From assembly GCA_035254125.1 (NCBI GenBank), contig DATFAX010000051.1:61142-125141 (forward strand): 64,000 bases of DNA. The letters are read 5' to 3'. The first letter of the stretch is position 1. Every line of letters begins with the position of its first letter. Under the pieces are notes generated by a model. It did not search any database, was not told where the DNA came from, and saw nothing but the letters and a program-made list of their open reading frames with translations. Origin of the DNA: Holophagaceae bacterium (GTDB lineage: Bacteria; Acidobacteriota; Holophagae; Holophagales; Holophagaceae). The position numbers and the translations under genes were made by a program. Of the stretch, positions 35,982-45,787 are shown in pieces.

Positions 35982-37502
35982 TCAGTTCGTCAGCCACTCC
36001 GCGCCGAGGCGGCCGATGGCCCGCAGGAAGGCCGTGAGGGTCTTGCGGTAGCTGGTGCGGGCCAGGGTCAGCGCCGTGCGGGCCTGGTCCAGTTCGTCCT
36101 GGCGCTGGAGCACGAAGTAGCTCGTGCTCAATCCATTGGCGAGCTTCTCCTGCTCCGCTTCCTGGCTCTTCTCCCGGAACTCGAGGGCCTTGGTCAACGC
36201 CTCCACTTCCTTCTCCGAGGCCTTGAGCGTGCTGAAGCTCTGGCGGACCTCCAGGAGGATGGCCTGGCGCAGGGCCCGGCTGTCGAGGTCCGCGGCGAGG
36301 CGCTCGGCGCGACGGCGATCCAGGGCGCCCCGGGCCGCGTGATTGCCCAGGGGCACGCGCAGCTGCAGCCCCGCGTAATAGCCGGGGTAACGCCCCGCGC
36401 TCCAGTCGGAGAGCACGGGGTTCACGTGATCGTGGGTGGCGGATCCCCCCAGGTAGGCGAGGGTGGCGTCCAACTGCGGCAGGGTGCGGTTCTTCGCTTC
36501 CGTCTCCAGGATCATGCGGGCCTGGAGGTCCGCGCGGGTGGCCTTCAGCTCGGGCCGTTCCTCCAAGGCGATGCGCTCTGCTTCCTCCAAGGTGAAGGCC
36601 TGGGGTACGGGGTTGGGTTCATCCGAGGGGAGGATCTCCGGAGTTGCCGTCTCCGGCAGGATCTCCGCGGCGAGGGAAGCCCGGGAAGTCTCCACGAGGT
36701 TCTGGGCCGAGAGCACCTGCCGCTCGCGCTCCAGGACCGCCGCTTCCACCGCTGGCAATTCCAGGGGGGCGAGCATGCCGGACTGGACCCGCTCCCGGTC
36801 CTCTTCCAGTTGCTTCCGCGCCAACTCGAGCGTGGTGCGCTTGTCGGCGAGGTTCTGGCGGGCGAAGTAGAAATCCCAGTAGAGCGAATCCGTCAGGGCG
36901 ATCTCCCGGACGAGATCCCGCTGGTAGTCGAGGTCGCCGGCCTCGGAGAACTTGCGCGCCGCCCTCAGGCGGGCCTCCGTGGCGGCGGGGCCGAAGCCCC
37001 GCAGGAGGGGCTGGGTCAAGGCCACGGCCATCCGGCCCCCATAGGGGTTCTGGGTGTCGTAGGCGAGGGGGTAGGTGGTGCTGCTCCCGAAGGTGTGGTT
37101 CGCCTGGGTGATGTCCTGGGAGAGGTAGGTGGGGAGCATCGACACGCTGAAGGTGCCCCCGGTGAACAGGAGCTTCTCCACCGAGGCGCCGAAGGAGCGC
37201 AGGTAGGTGGTGGACCGGGTATCGCTGAAGAAGAGGTTGTTCAAGCCGCTGGTCTTCGGATTGGCGTCCTCGGATTCCAGCCGGCTGACGGAAAGGGAGG
37301 CCCCCACGGACCAATCGAAGGCGCCTTGTTCCTGGACGATGCCCGAGCGGATGGCATCCCGGCGGTTCCGGGCGCTTTGGGGGGCGAGCCCCTGGCGGAG
37401 GGCCAGAGCGATGGCTTCCTTCTCGGTGAGCCGGAGCTCCACGGGGGCGGGGCCGGTCTGGGCGAGAAGGGAGAGGGAGAGGAAGGGCAGGAGGGGCCTC
37501 AT
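35982..37502 (-). CDS. TolC-family outer membrane efflux protein
   Basis: 506 aa. Signal peptide, two-fold repeat of long coiled-coil and beta segments. ATGA overlap with the upstream RND pump gene. Confidence 0.85.
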   Translation of the reverse strand: MRPLLPFLSLSLLAQTGPAPVELRLTEKEAIALALRQGLAPQSARNRRDAIRSGIVQEQGAFDWSVGASLSVSRLESEDANPKTSGLNNLFFSDTRSTTYLRSFGASVEKLLFTGGTFSVSMLPTYLSQDITQANHTFGSSTTYPLAYDTQNPYGGRMAVALTQPLLRGFGPAATEARLRAARKFSEAGDLDYQRDLVREIALTDSLYWDFYFARQNLADKRTTLELARKQLEEDRERVQSGMLAPLELPAVEAAVLERERQVLSAQNLVETSRASLAAEILPETATPEILPSDEPNPVPQAFTLEEAERIALEERPELKATRADLQARMILETEAKNRTLPQLDATLAYLGGSATHDHVNPVLSDWSAGRYPGYYAGLQLRVPLGNHAARGALDRRRAERLAADLDSRALRQAILLEVRQSFSTLKASEKEVEALTKALEFREKSQEAEQEKLANGLSTSYFVLQRQDELDQARTALTLARTSYRKTLTAFLRAIGRLGAEWLTN

Positions 37503-40500
37503 GCGGGATTGGCTCCGGGTTCCGGGAGGGCGTCAGGGGCCTCCGCAGGGGTGGTCGCAGGCTTCTCGCCCAGGAGCAGGAACATCACCGGGACCAGGAA
37601 CAGGGACAGGGCCGTTGAGCTGGTGAGCCCGCCCACCACGGCGAGGGCCAGGGGCTGGTTGGATTCGGTGCCACGTTCCAGGCCCATGGCCGTGGGCAGG
37701 AGCCCGATGACCGTGGCGAGGCTCGTCATGGCGATGGGCACGAACCGGGAGCGGGCGGCGAGGAGGATCGCCTCGCGCATGGGCACGCCCTCGTGCACGC
37801 GGCGGTGGGCGTCATCCACCAGGAGGATGCCGTTGGAAACGGCGATGCCGATGACCATGAGCATCCCCATGAGGGCCGTGATGGAGAACCCCTGGCCCGC
37901 GGCCATGAGGGCCAGCACGATGCCGATGAGGGACACGGGGATCGTGAAGAACATGACGAAGGGCAGCCGCAGCGAGTGGAACTGCGAGGCCATGATCATG
38001 AAGATGGCCATCACGGCGAGGCCAATGGCGAGGCCCAGGCCGGAGAAGGTGGTGCGCATGAGGTCCACCTGGCCCACGTAGTGGAAGGCGATGCCCTCGG
38101 TGCGGGGATCCTTCTTCAGGGCCTTTTCCAAATCCTTGGCGACGGTGCCCATGTCGCGGCCCTCCACCTGCATGAGCAGGTGGGCGGCCCGTTCCAGCTG
38201 GTTCCGTTCCACCTGGATGGGGCCCGTGGCCCGGCGCACCTGGCTGTAGGCGCCCAGCGTCACGGCGCCGCCCTTGTCCTCCATGCGCAGGGGCACCCGC
38301 ATGAGGGCGGCGGGGTCCGACACGTTCCGGGCGTTGTAGGAGGTGACGACGTAGTAAGACTGGCCATTGTTCCCGTCGATCCAGACGCTGGGCGTGTTGA
38401 TGTTGCCCAGGGTGGCCTCCAGGGTGGCCTGGGCGGCCATGCGGGAGTTCACCTTCACCTGGCCCGCCTGCTGGCGGTCGGTGTCGATGCGGACCTCGGG
38501 GTACTCCACCTGCAGGGAGGGATAGAGGTCCCGGATGCCCGGCACAGTGCGCGCCACCTCGGCCATGACCTTCACCTGCTGGTCGAGCTTGTCCAGGTCG
38601 TCACCCCGGACCTCGAGCACGATGGGGGCGAGGTATCCGTTGGAGAACACGCTGGCCACGAGGCCACCGGGCCACTGGAGGAACTCCACCCCAGGGAACT
38701 CGTGCGTGAGGATGCCGCGGGCCACGTCGGCGATCTCGCGCTGGCTGCGCTTGCGGTCCTCGGCCTCCTTCAGAGCGAGCCGGATGAAACCCATGTGGGG
38801 GCCCGCATTGGGGCTGTTCATGGCGCTGCGGGCCTGACCGGGCATGCCCACGTTGGTGAGCACCAGCTCCACATCCTCCCCCAGCTTCTCCTTCAGCTCC
38901 TGGGCGATGCGGTTGATCTGGGCCGAAGACTGGGTGAGGGAGGTGCCCGGAGCAAGGCGGACGTAGATGCGCTCCATGCCCTCATCGATCTCGGGGAAGA
39001 AGGTGCTGGGCAGGCGGCTGGCGAGGAACCCACTGAAGAGCACGAGGGCGGCGGCGCCAGCGATGACGGCGACCCGATGCTCGAGGACGACAGCGAGGAT
39101 CGAGGTATAGCGGGCCCCGACCCGATCCACGGCGGCCTCCACCTTCTTGGCCAGGGGACCGGGCTCCACGTGGTGCAGGAGGTAGCGGCAGGCCACGGGG
39201 GTCACGGCCATGCTCACGAAGTAGGACGCGATCATGGAGACCGTCACCGTGAGTGCCAGGGGCGCGAAGAGCTTGCGGGCCAGACCTTCCAGGAGCACCA
39301 CGGGCAGCAGCACGGCGATGGTGGTGATGGTGGAGGCCAGCACGGGCAGGGCCACGGCATTGGCCCCGGCGAGGGCCGCATGATAGGAATCCATGCCCTC
39401 CTTCTGGTGCCGGTGGATGGACTCCAGCACCACCACCGCATCATCCACGAGCCGTCCCATGGCCAGGGTGAGACCGCCCAGGGTGAAGGCGTTGAGGGTC
39501 TGGCCCGTGGCGTACATCACCAGCAGGGTGATGGCGAAGGACAGGGGGATGGCGAAGGACACGATCAACGTGCCGCGGACGCTCTGCAGGAACAGGAGGA
39601 TCACGAGGCCGATGAGCACGAGGGCCTGGATGATCTCCTTCTTGAGGCCGTGGTAAGTGGAGCGCACGAAGCCCGATTGGTCGAAGATGGGCTTGACCAC
39701 GAGGCCCTGGGGCAGGTTGGGGATCTTGGCCACGGCCTTGGTCACTGAGTCCACGATGTCGATGGTGTTGCCGCCGGGGGTGCGGAGCACGTTCAGATAG
39801 ACGCCGTTCTCGCCGTTGATGCTCACGGACTGGGTCTCGGGGGCCCCACCGTCTTCCACCTTGGCCACGTCGCGCAGGAGTACGGATCGGCCCCCGGACT
39901 GCTTGACGACGGAATCCTCAAGCTGGGAGATCCGGGGCGCCACGGCGTTGGTGTAGACGTTGGCGTCGAACTTCGGCGAGATGAATTCGCCCGAAGGGAG
40001 CAGCGCGTTCGCCTGGGAGACGGCCGCGGCGATGTCGGAGCTGGTGACGCCCCGGGACTGGGCCTTGATGGGGTCCACCACGATGTTGATCTGGCGCTGG
40101 CGGCCGCCGTTCACGGAGGCGCTGGCCACGCCGGGGATGCCCTCGATGACGGGCTCGATGTTGTTGAGAGCGTAGTCATAGAGCTGGGGCCCGCTCAGGC
40201 CCCCGCCGTAGACCGCGATCTGGACGACGGGGGCGTTCGAGGGGTCGTACTGGAGGACGAAAGGGGGCAGCACGCCCAGGGACTTGGGCACGGCGGCCAT
40301 GGCGAAGGCGACCTGCTGTTGCACGAGGGTCTGGGCGGCGTTGAGGTCCGTGCCCCACTTGAACCACACGTAACAGACGCTGAGACCGCTTCGGCTGGAA
40401 CTTTCGACGTGATCCACGCCCGGGGTGGCGCTCACGTACTTCTCGATGCGCCAGGTGATGGTCTTCTCCACGTCCTTGGGGCCGAGGCCGGGGGCCTGGG

Positions 40501-40639
40501 TGCCCACCACGAGGACGGGGGGGGTCAGCTCGGGGAAGGTGTCCACGCTGAGGCGCGGCATCACCACCCCGGCGAACACGATGAACGCGATGCTCAGCAT
40601 GAGGATCGCGATGGGATTGCGCAGGGAGAGGCGCGTCAT
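37499..40639 (-). CDS. RND efflux transporter permease (AcrB/HAE family)
   Basis: 1046 aa. MTRLSLRNPIAILMLSIAFIVFAGV..., 12-TM architecture with two large periplasmic loops. Conserved GLLPTAMGL...PLALAVVGGL near the C-terminus. Confidence 0.95.
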   Translation of the reverse strand: MTRLSLRNPIAILMLSIAFIVFAGVVMPRLSVDTFPELTPPVLVVGTQAPGLGPKDVEKTITWRIEKYVSATPGVDHVESSSRSGLSVCYVWFKWGTDLNAAQTLVQQQVAFAMAAVPKSLGVLPPFVLQYDPSNAPVVQIAVYGGGLSGPQLYDYALNNIEPVIEGIPGVASASVNGGRQRQINIVVDPIKAQSRGVTSSDIAAAVSQANALLPSGEFISPKFDANVYTNAVAPRISQLEDSVVKQSGGRSVLLRDVAKVEDGGAPETQSVSINGENGVYLNVLRTPGGNTIDIVDSVTKAVAKIPNLPQGLVVKPIFDQSGFVRSTYHGLKKEIIQALVLIGLVILLFLQSVRGTLIVSFAIPLSFAITLLVMYATGQTLNAFTLGGLTLAMGRLVDDAVVVLESIHRHQKEGMDSYHAALAGANAVALPVLASTITTIAVLLPVVLLEGLARKLFAPLALTVTVSMIASYFVSMAVTPVACRYLLHHVEPGPLAKKVEAAVDRVGARYTSILAVVLEHRVAVIAGAAALVLFSGFLASRLPSTFFPEIDEGMERIYVRLAPGTSLTQSSAQINRIAQELKEKLGEDVELVLTNVGMPGQARSAMNSPNAGPHMGFIRLALKEAEDRKRSQREIADVARGILTHEFPGVEFLQWPGGLVASVFSNGYLAPIVLEVRGDDLDKLDQQVKVMAEVARTVPGIRDLYPSLQVEYPEVRIDTDRQQAGQVKVNSRMAAQATLEATLGNINTPSVWIDGNNGQSYYVVTSYNARNVSDPAALMRVPLRMEDKGGAVTLGAYSQVRRATGPIQVERNQLERAAHLLMQVEGRDMGTVAKDLEKALKKDPRTEGIAFHYVGQVDLMRTTFSGLGLAIGLAVMAIFMIMASQFHSLRLPFVMFFTIPVSLIGIVLALMAAGQGFSITALMGMLMVIGIAVSNGILLVDDAHRRVHEGVPMREAILLAARSRFVPIAMTSLATVIGLLPTAMGLERGTESNQPLALAVVGGLTSSTALSLFLVPVMFLLLGEKPATTPAEAPDALPEPGANPA

Positions 40640-40649
40640 CGGCGGGCTC

Positions 40650-41810
40650 CTAGCGCACAGGCCGGGGCGCGATGGCGTCCCCGTCCTGGAGCTGGTTGCG
40701 GCCCTCGAGCACGATCATCGCGCCGGTGGGCAGGTCGGGCTTCACGAAGAGCTGGCCTTCGCGCTCCCCCAGCACCGTGAGCACCACGCGCTTGGCCTTG
40801 GTGCCTTCGGCCACGAAGACGGTGGCCTTGGTCCCCTTCACGCTGGCGGCGGCCACGGGGATGGCCAGGGCGGCCTCCTTCTGGTCGGATTCCACCCCGA
40901 TCTCGGCGGTGGTGCCGGTGGGCAGGCGACGGTCGGGATTGGGGAGGTCCACTTCGAAGTGGATGGTCCGGGTGGAGGCGTCGGCGGAGGGGGCCCGGCG
41001 GGCGATGGCGGCCTTCAGGGTCTCCCCCGTGGCGAGGATGCGCAGCTGGACGGGGGTGCCCGGGGCCAGGAGCCGGAAGTCGGCCTCGGAGGCATCGGCG
41101 CTCACCCGGATCTTCCGCCGGTCCACCACGGTGAGGATGGGGGCGCCGGGATGGACGAAGGCTCCGGGGTCGAGGGTCCGTTCCGCGATCTCGCCGTCGA
41201 AGGGCGCACGCAGGGAGCTGTCCTGCAGCTCCAGACTGCTGCCGCTCAGCTCGGCCTTGGCCGCGCCCAGTCGAGCCTGCTCGCTGGCGGCTTCCGCCAA
41301 TTTCTTCTCGGCCTCGTTCACGGACACGATGCCCTTGCGCTGGAGGCCTCGGACGCGGTCCGCCTCCTTCCGCAGGGCATCCTCCCGGGCCTCGATGGCC
41401 TTCACCTGGAGCTCGGAGGCCTGGCTCTTGGAGGCGGCCCGCTCGGGCTGGAGGGTGGCGAGCACCTGTCCGCGGCGGACGGAATCCCCGGGGCGCACCA
41501 TCACCTGGGTGATGTAGGCGGAGATGAACTGGGGACCGACCTTGGCCTCCTCCCAGGGCATCAGGCTGCCCACGAAGCGGCTGCTGGCGCGGTAGGTCGC
41601 AGCCGCCACGGGCACGGTGCCCACCCCCTTGGGCTGGGCCGCCAGGGCCCGGTCGTTCTGGGCATGGGCCTGCCGGGCCCAGAGCAGGAGGCCGGCAACG
41701 ACGCAGACCCCCACGACGCCGAGGATGGCCTTGGGCACCGCCTTCCCGGCGGGGAGGTCCACCGCTTCGGGAGCGGGGGAGGGGAGATCGGAGGGAGAGG
41801 TCGTCGTCAT
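40650..41810 (-). CDS. RND efflux periplasmic adaptor (membrane fusion protein, HlyD-like)
   Basis: Last 386 aa of ORF 40650..43367(-); residue count puts MTTTSPSDL at nt 41810. TM anchor, lipoyl-like RPGDSVRRGQVLATL...LRAPFDGEI, coiled-coil hairpin, beta-barrel domain. Confidence 0.9.
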   Translation of the reverse strand: MTTTSPSDLPSPAPEAVDLPAGKAVPKAILGVVGVCVVAGLLLWARQAHAQNDRALAAQPKGVGTVPVAAATYRASSRFVGSLMPWEEAKVGPQFISAYITQVMVRPGDSVRRGQVLATLQPERAASKSQASELQVKAIEAREDALRKEADRVRGLQRKGIVSVNEAEKKLAEAASEQARLGAAKAELSGSSLELQDSSLRAPFDGEIAERTLDPGAFVHPGAPILTVVDRRKIRVSADASEADFRLLAPGTPVQLRILATGETLKAAIARRAPSADASTRTIHFEVDLPNPDRRLPTGTTAEIGVESDQKEAALAIPVAAASVKGTKATVFVAEGTKAKRVVLTVLGEREGQLFVKPDLPTGAMIVLEGRNQLQDGDAIAPRPVR

Positions 41811-41851
41811 GGCCTGCCGGTGGGTCGGGGGGAGTCCCCGGGCGACGGAGG

Positions 41852-41866
41852 GCAACCCCCGTGCCA
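41852..41866 (-). promoter_or_regulatory. Sigma-54 (-24/-12) promoter of the MFP-RND-TolC operon
   Basis: Minus strand reads TGGCAC-GGGGG-TTGC, an exact match to TGGCAC-N5-TTGC. It ends 41 nt upstream of the MFP ATG (41810). A sigma-54-dependent activator is encoded divergently. Confidence 0.8.
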
Positions 41867-41917
41867 CCGGCAAAAGGCCTTGAACCCCGGGCGATGGGGA
41901 GGGGACAGCCCCCGGCC

Positions 41918-41954
41918 TTCCGGGAAAAATTCCGGGGAGGCCGGGAATTTCGGG
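41918..41954. promoter_or_regulatory. Candidate enhancer (UAS) for the sigma-54 activator: repeated TTCCGGG / CCGGGAA half-sites
   Basis: ttccgggaaaaattccggggaggccgggaatttcggg. Near-palindromic CCGGGAAAAATTCCGG plus CCGGGAATTTCGGG, 55-90 nt upstream of the -24 element. Confidence 0.4.
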
Positions 41955-42125
41955 AGGTCCAGGGGCGGCCCCTGGGGGAGGCCGTGACCGGGGGCCAAAG
42001 GCTTTCCGGAGTTGGTCTGGATTCTGCTTTGATTCGAGCAGGAGGCTGATCTGAACCGGAACCATCGCGGGATCCCCACGGGAGGCGCACCCGGCGCCCT
42101 CACACGCCTGAGGCTGCTCCTGGGC

Positions 42126-43409
42126 GTGGCCTTGGCCCTGTTCCTGGTGGCCGGGGTGGCGCTGGTGGGCGAGAGCCGGGAGGCGGCTGCGGCCCTGGAG
42201 GAGCTGGCCCAGGACCAAGGCGCCCAGGCCGCGGCCGCGGCCCAGGTGGTGGAGGCCGAACTCCACCGGCGGGCCCCCCTGCCGGAACGGGCCGACGCCG
42301 GCTTGCGGGGGGTGCTGCGGGGCATGGAACGACCCGGCTACCAGCACCTGTTCCTGCAGGCGCCGGAGTCCAGCGCCTTCGTGGGCCAGGATGGTCGGAC
42401 GGTCACCTGCCCGCCCCTCGCCGCCGCCCTCACCCAGGGGCAGCGCTGGCTCCGCCTGGATCGCACGGAAGCCCCGCAGCTGGGACTTCCCCCTCGGATG
42501 GCCGTCGTCGGATTGGCCTGGGCCGAGGACTCGGCCGGGCGGCGGTGGCCCGTGGTGGCCGCGGCTACGGCCCTGCGGGAGCGGGACCGGGCCTTCCGGG
42601 CGCGGGTGCGCACCCTGGCGAGCCTCGTGGTGATGGGGGCCGTGGTGCTGGCCTTTGGGGGCCTCGCCCTTCGAATGCAGCGGGAGGAGCTGCAGCTCAC
42701 CCGGGCCCTGGCCCAAAACGAAGTCCAGCGCCAGAAGGACGCCCAGCTCAACCAGGCCAGCCGGGCGGCCACGATGCTCACCTTCGCCGCCGGGATGGCC
42801 CACGAGATCAGCACGCCCCTCGGGATCATCGCGGGCCGGGCGCAGCAGCTCGTGGAGCGGTTCGCCGGTGACGAGAAGGGGGCCCGCGCTGCCCGCAGCG
42901 TAGTGGACGAGGCCGAGGGGATCGGCCGCATGGTCCGCCGCTTCCTGGACCTCGCCCGGGGCGGTTCGCCCGCCCTGGAGGTGGCGGCGCCCCTGGATCT
43001 GGTCCGATCGGCCCAGGCCATGGTGGAACATCGATTCCTCGAAGCGGGCGTGTCCCTGGACGTCCATGTGCCCGAAGGGCTGCCCACCCTGCGGGGGGAT
43101 ACGCGCCTGCTTGTACAGGTGCTCGTGAATCTCCTGCTCAACGCTTGCGACGTGGCCCGGAGAGTGACCCTCGAGGTGGGACTGGACTCCGGATCGCTGG
43201 CCTTCGTCGTGGCCGATGATGGCGCCGGCATGGCCCCCGAGGTGGCGGCCCGGGTGCTGGAACCCTTCTTCAGCACGAAGCCCCAGGAACGGGGCTCCGG
43301 ATTGGGGCTCGCCATCGCGCATGAGATCGTGAAGATGCACCGCGGGTCCCTCCAGATCCAGTCGCAACCCCAGCGGGGCACCCGCGTGACCGTCCTGCTC
43401 CCCGTCTGA
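42126..43409 (+). CDS. Sensor histidine kinase (periplasmic sensor, HisKA + HATPase_c)
   Basis: 427 aa, GTG start (first start codon after the in-frame TGA at 42030). Two TM segments. H-box FAAGMAHEISTPLG, N-box LLLNACD, G-boxes DDGAGM and GSGLGLAIA. Confidence 0.9.
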   Translation: MALALFLVAGVALVGESREAAAALEELAQDQGAQAAAAAQVVEAELHRRAPLPERADAGLRGVLRGMERPGYQHLFLQAPESSAFVGQDGRTVTCPPLAAALTQGQRWLRLDRTEAPQLGLPPRMAVVGLAWAEDSAGRRWPVVAAATALRERDRAFRARVRTLASLVVMGAVVLAFGGLALRMQREELQLTRALAQNEVQRQKDAQLNQASRAATMLTFAAGMAHEISTPLGIIAGRAQQLVERFAGDEKGARAARSVVDEAEGIGRMVRRFLDLARGGSPALEVAAPLDLVRSAQAMVEHRFLEAGVSLDVHVPEGLPTLRGDTRLLVQVLVNLLLNACDVARRVTLEVGLDSGSLAFVVADDGAGMAPEVAARVLEPFFSTKPQERGSGLGLAIAHEIVKMHRGSLQIQSQPQRGTRVTVLLPV

Positions 43410-43417
43410 GGCCCGCC

Positions 43418-44803
43418 GTGAACGCCCGATCCCCCCGAGTCCTCCTCGTCGACGACCATTTCGAGATGGCGGAGATGCTCGCCGACGGCCTGAGCGAGCG
43501 CGGGTTCCAGACCCTCGCCCTCTCCAACGTCCAGACGGCGCTGAGGTCCCTGGAGGAGGGCTGGCCGGACGCCCTCGTCACGGACCTCCGCATGGCCGAG
43601 CTGGATGGCCTGGGCCTCCTGGCCCGGTCCCGGGAACTGGATCCCGAGCGCCCCGTGATCGTGATGACGGCCTATGGCGCCATCGATTCCGCGGTGGAGT
43701 CCATCCGCCAGGGGGCCTACCACTACCTCACGAAGCCCTTCAAGCTCGACGAACTGGAGATCTTCCTCCGGCGGGCCCTGGAAGATCGGGCCGTGCGCTC
43801 GGAGGCCGAATCCCTGCGAAAGGCCCTGCACACCCAGTTCTCCAGCGCGGGTCTGGTGGGGCGCAGCGGGGCCATGCGGGAAGTCTACGACCTGATGGAG
43901 CGCATCGCGCCCGCCGATGTGCCCGTGCTCCTGCTCGGGGAGACGGGCACGGGCAAGGGCCTCGTGGCGCGGGCCCTCCACGGGCGGGGGCCCCGCGCTT
44001 CCAGGCCCTTCGTCGCCGTGAACTGCGCCGCCTTGCCTGAGCAGCTCCTGGAGAGCGAGCTCTTCGGGCATCGCAAGGGCGCCTTCACGGGGGCCGTCAC
44101 CGATCGGGTGGGCCTGTTCCAGGAGGCGGATGGCGGCACGATCTTCCTGGACGAGATCGGAGACCTGCCCCTGAGCCTCCAGGCGAAGCTCCTCCACGTG
44201 CTGGAGCGCCATGTCATCCGCCCCCTCGGCAGCGCGAAGGAGGTGGAGGTGGATGCCCGGATCATGGCGGCCACCCACCGGGACCTCCGCCAGATGGTGG
44301 CCGCCGGGACGTTTCGGGAAGACCTCCTGTACCGATTGGACGTTGTCTCCCTCGAACTGCCGCCGCTCCGGCACCACAAGGAGGACCTCCCCGAGCTGGT
44401 GGAGCACTTCCTGGCCCTGGCGAAGGGCCGCCATCCCCACTCCCCCGTGGAGCGGTTGTCGCCGGAGGTGATGGGCCGCCTGATGGACTACCGATGGCCT
44501 GGGAACGTGCGCGAACTGGTGCACCTGCTTGAGCGCCTCACGGTGCTGGGCCGGACGGCGCAGGTGGAGCTCGCGGACCTCCCGTCGGCCTTGAACCAAG
44601 TGCCCGACCGGGGTTGGAGCGCCTTCGACGAGATCCTTCCCAGCCGGGAGGTCCAGCGGCGTTATGCGGCCTGGGTGCTCGACAAGGTCGGGGGGAGCAA
44701 GGCCCGGGCCGCGGAGGCCCTGGGCATCGACGTGAAGACCCTCGGTAAATGGCTGAGCGACAGCGGCCCTGCCGAAAGCGAGACCGACGGAGGTAACCGA
44801 TGA
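43418..44803 (+). CDS. Sigma-54-dependent response regulator (NtrC family: REC + AAA+ + HTH)
   Basis: 461 aa. VLLVDDH...TDLRMAELDG receiver, GETGTGKG Walker A, the GAFTGA motif (HRKGAFTGA), and a C-terminal Fis-type HTH (KARAAEALGIDVKTLGKW). Confidence 0.95.
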   Translation: MNARSPRVLLVDDHFEMAEMLADGLSERGFQTLALSNVQTALRSLEEGWPDALVTDLRMAELDGLGLLARSRELDPERPVIVMTAYGAIDSAVESIRQGAYHYLTKPFKLDELEIFLRRALEDRAVRSEAESLRKALHTQFSSAGLVGRSGAMREVYDLMERIAPADVPVLLLGETGTGKGLVARALHGRGPRASRPFVAVNCAALPEQLLESELFGHRKGAFTGAVTDRVGLFQEADGGTIFLDEIGDLPLSLQAKLLHVLERHVIRPLGSAKEVEVDARIMAATHRDLRQMVAAGTFREDLLYRLDVVSLELPPLRHHKEDLPELVEHFLALAKGRHPHSPVERLSPEVMGRLMDYRWPGNVRELVHLLERLTVLGRTAQVELADLPSALNQVPDRGWSAFDEILPSREVQRRYAAWVLDKVGGSKARAAEALGIDVKTLGKWLSDSGPAESETDGGNR

Positions 44804-45249
44804 ATCCTTGGCAGGCGATCCTGGCCGCAGTGCAGGTGGATTCCAGCAGCGATGCGGTGCTGGACCAGGCCACCCGGCTCGCGCTCCTCTCGGGGGCGGA
44901 GTTGGACCTGATCCACGTGTTCGAGACTCCGGGCTACGGCGGCCCGCAGGCGCTGGTGCCTGTGGCGGGGAAGGTGGAACTGGCGGGCCTGGAACCCTGG
45001 CGCAGCGCCAAGACCATGGCCGGCCTGATGAATGACCTGATCGCGAAAGGCGTGCGCGTGGGGCGGGGCCACCTGGTCATGGGGATCGTGGAGGACCGGC
45101 TCGGGCACTTCACCCGCCAACGTCCCTACGACCTCCTGATCATCGGCAATCACAGCCCCTCCCGGCTGGAGCGGATGCTTTCCGGGGATCTGGTGGGCCA
45201 CCTGGTGAACCACGCCTCCTGCCCCGTCCTCGTGGTGCCGCACCACTAG
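44800..45249 (+). CDS. Universal stress protein (UspA family)
   Basis: 149 aa. ATGA overlap with the regulator gene. ILAAVQVDSSS...LIHV...LLIIGNHSPSRLERMLSGDLVGHLVNHASCPVLVV. Confidence 0.85.
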   Translation: MNPWQAILAAVQVDSSSDAVLDQATRLALLSGAELDLIHVFETPGYGGPQALVPVAGKVELAGLEPWRSAKTMAGLMNDLIAKGVRVGRGHLVMGIVEDRLGHFTRQRPYDLLIIGNHSPSRLERMLSGDLVGHLVNHASCPVLVVPHH

Positions 45250-45442
45250 GGGTGCCCGCGCGGAATCCCCAATGGGGAGACAGCGAATTCAAGCGCAGCA
45301 TGGATTCGCACCAGAGGGGCGATGCCCCATGTCCCTATTTCCCTGACCACGGGCACCGTCGGCAGGGGGAAGTGGGCCTCGCCTGCCAGCCCCAAAACCC
45401 GAGTGTTTCAGGCGAGGTGCCCCAGGCCCGGCCTCCCGCCGG

Positions 45443-45787
45443 TCAGCTGCGGCGCGGGCGCCAGCGGAAGGCCTCGAGATCCAGATCCCCCTCCGCATCC
45501 ACGGGAATGCCCTCCCCCAGGAGGCGCCGGGCCTGTTCCAGGGCGCTCCAGTGCCGCCCCTGGCTGGGGATGTGGCCCTGGTTGTTCACGACGCGGTGCC
45601 AGGGAATGCGGGTGCCCTGGGGCAGGCCCTTGAGCACCATGCCCACTTGGCGGGGGCGGCCGGGGAAGCCCGCGAGCACGGCCACCTGGCCGTAGCTGGC
45701 GAGGCGCCCCTTCGGGATGCGGCGGACGACGGCGAGGACGAGCTCGGGGAACTCCGGAGGCAGCCGGCGCGGCTCAGGGGTGGGCAT
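45443..45787 (-). CDS. Alkyltransferase-like (ATL) protein: MGMT DNA-binding fold with Trp replacing the acceptor Cys
   Basis: Met 37 of ORF 45443..45895(-). IPKGRLASYGQVA...GRPRQVG...IPWHRVVN. The PCHRV active site of O6-alkylguanine transferases is PWHRV here, the ATL hallmark. Confidence 0.8.
   Translation of the reverse strand: MPTPEPRRLPPEFPELVLAVVRRIPKGRLASYGQVAVLAGFPGRPRQVGMVLKGLPQGTRIPWHRVVNNQGHIPSQGRHWSALEQARRLLGEGIPVDAEGDLDLEAFRWRPRRS

Noticed and set aside
45250-45442. 193-nt gap between the convergent USP and ATL genes, with ORF 45252-45695(+) and a 9-bp hairpin (cctcgcctg...caggcgagg).
   Set aside because: The ORF is Arg/Pro/Ser junk running antisense into the ATL gene. The hairpin has a 23-nt loop and no U-run, so I treat it as an ordinary convergent-terminator region at most.
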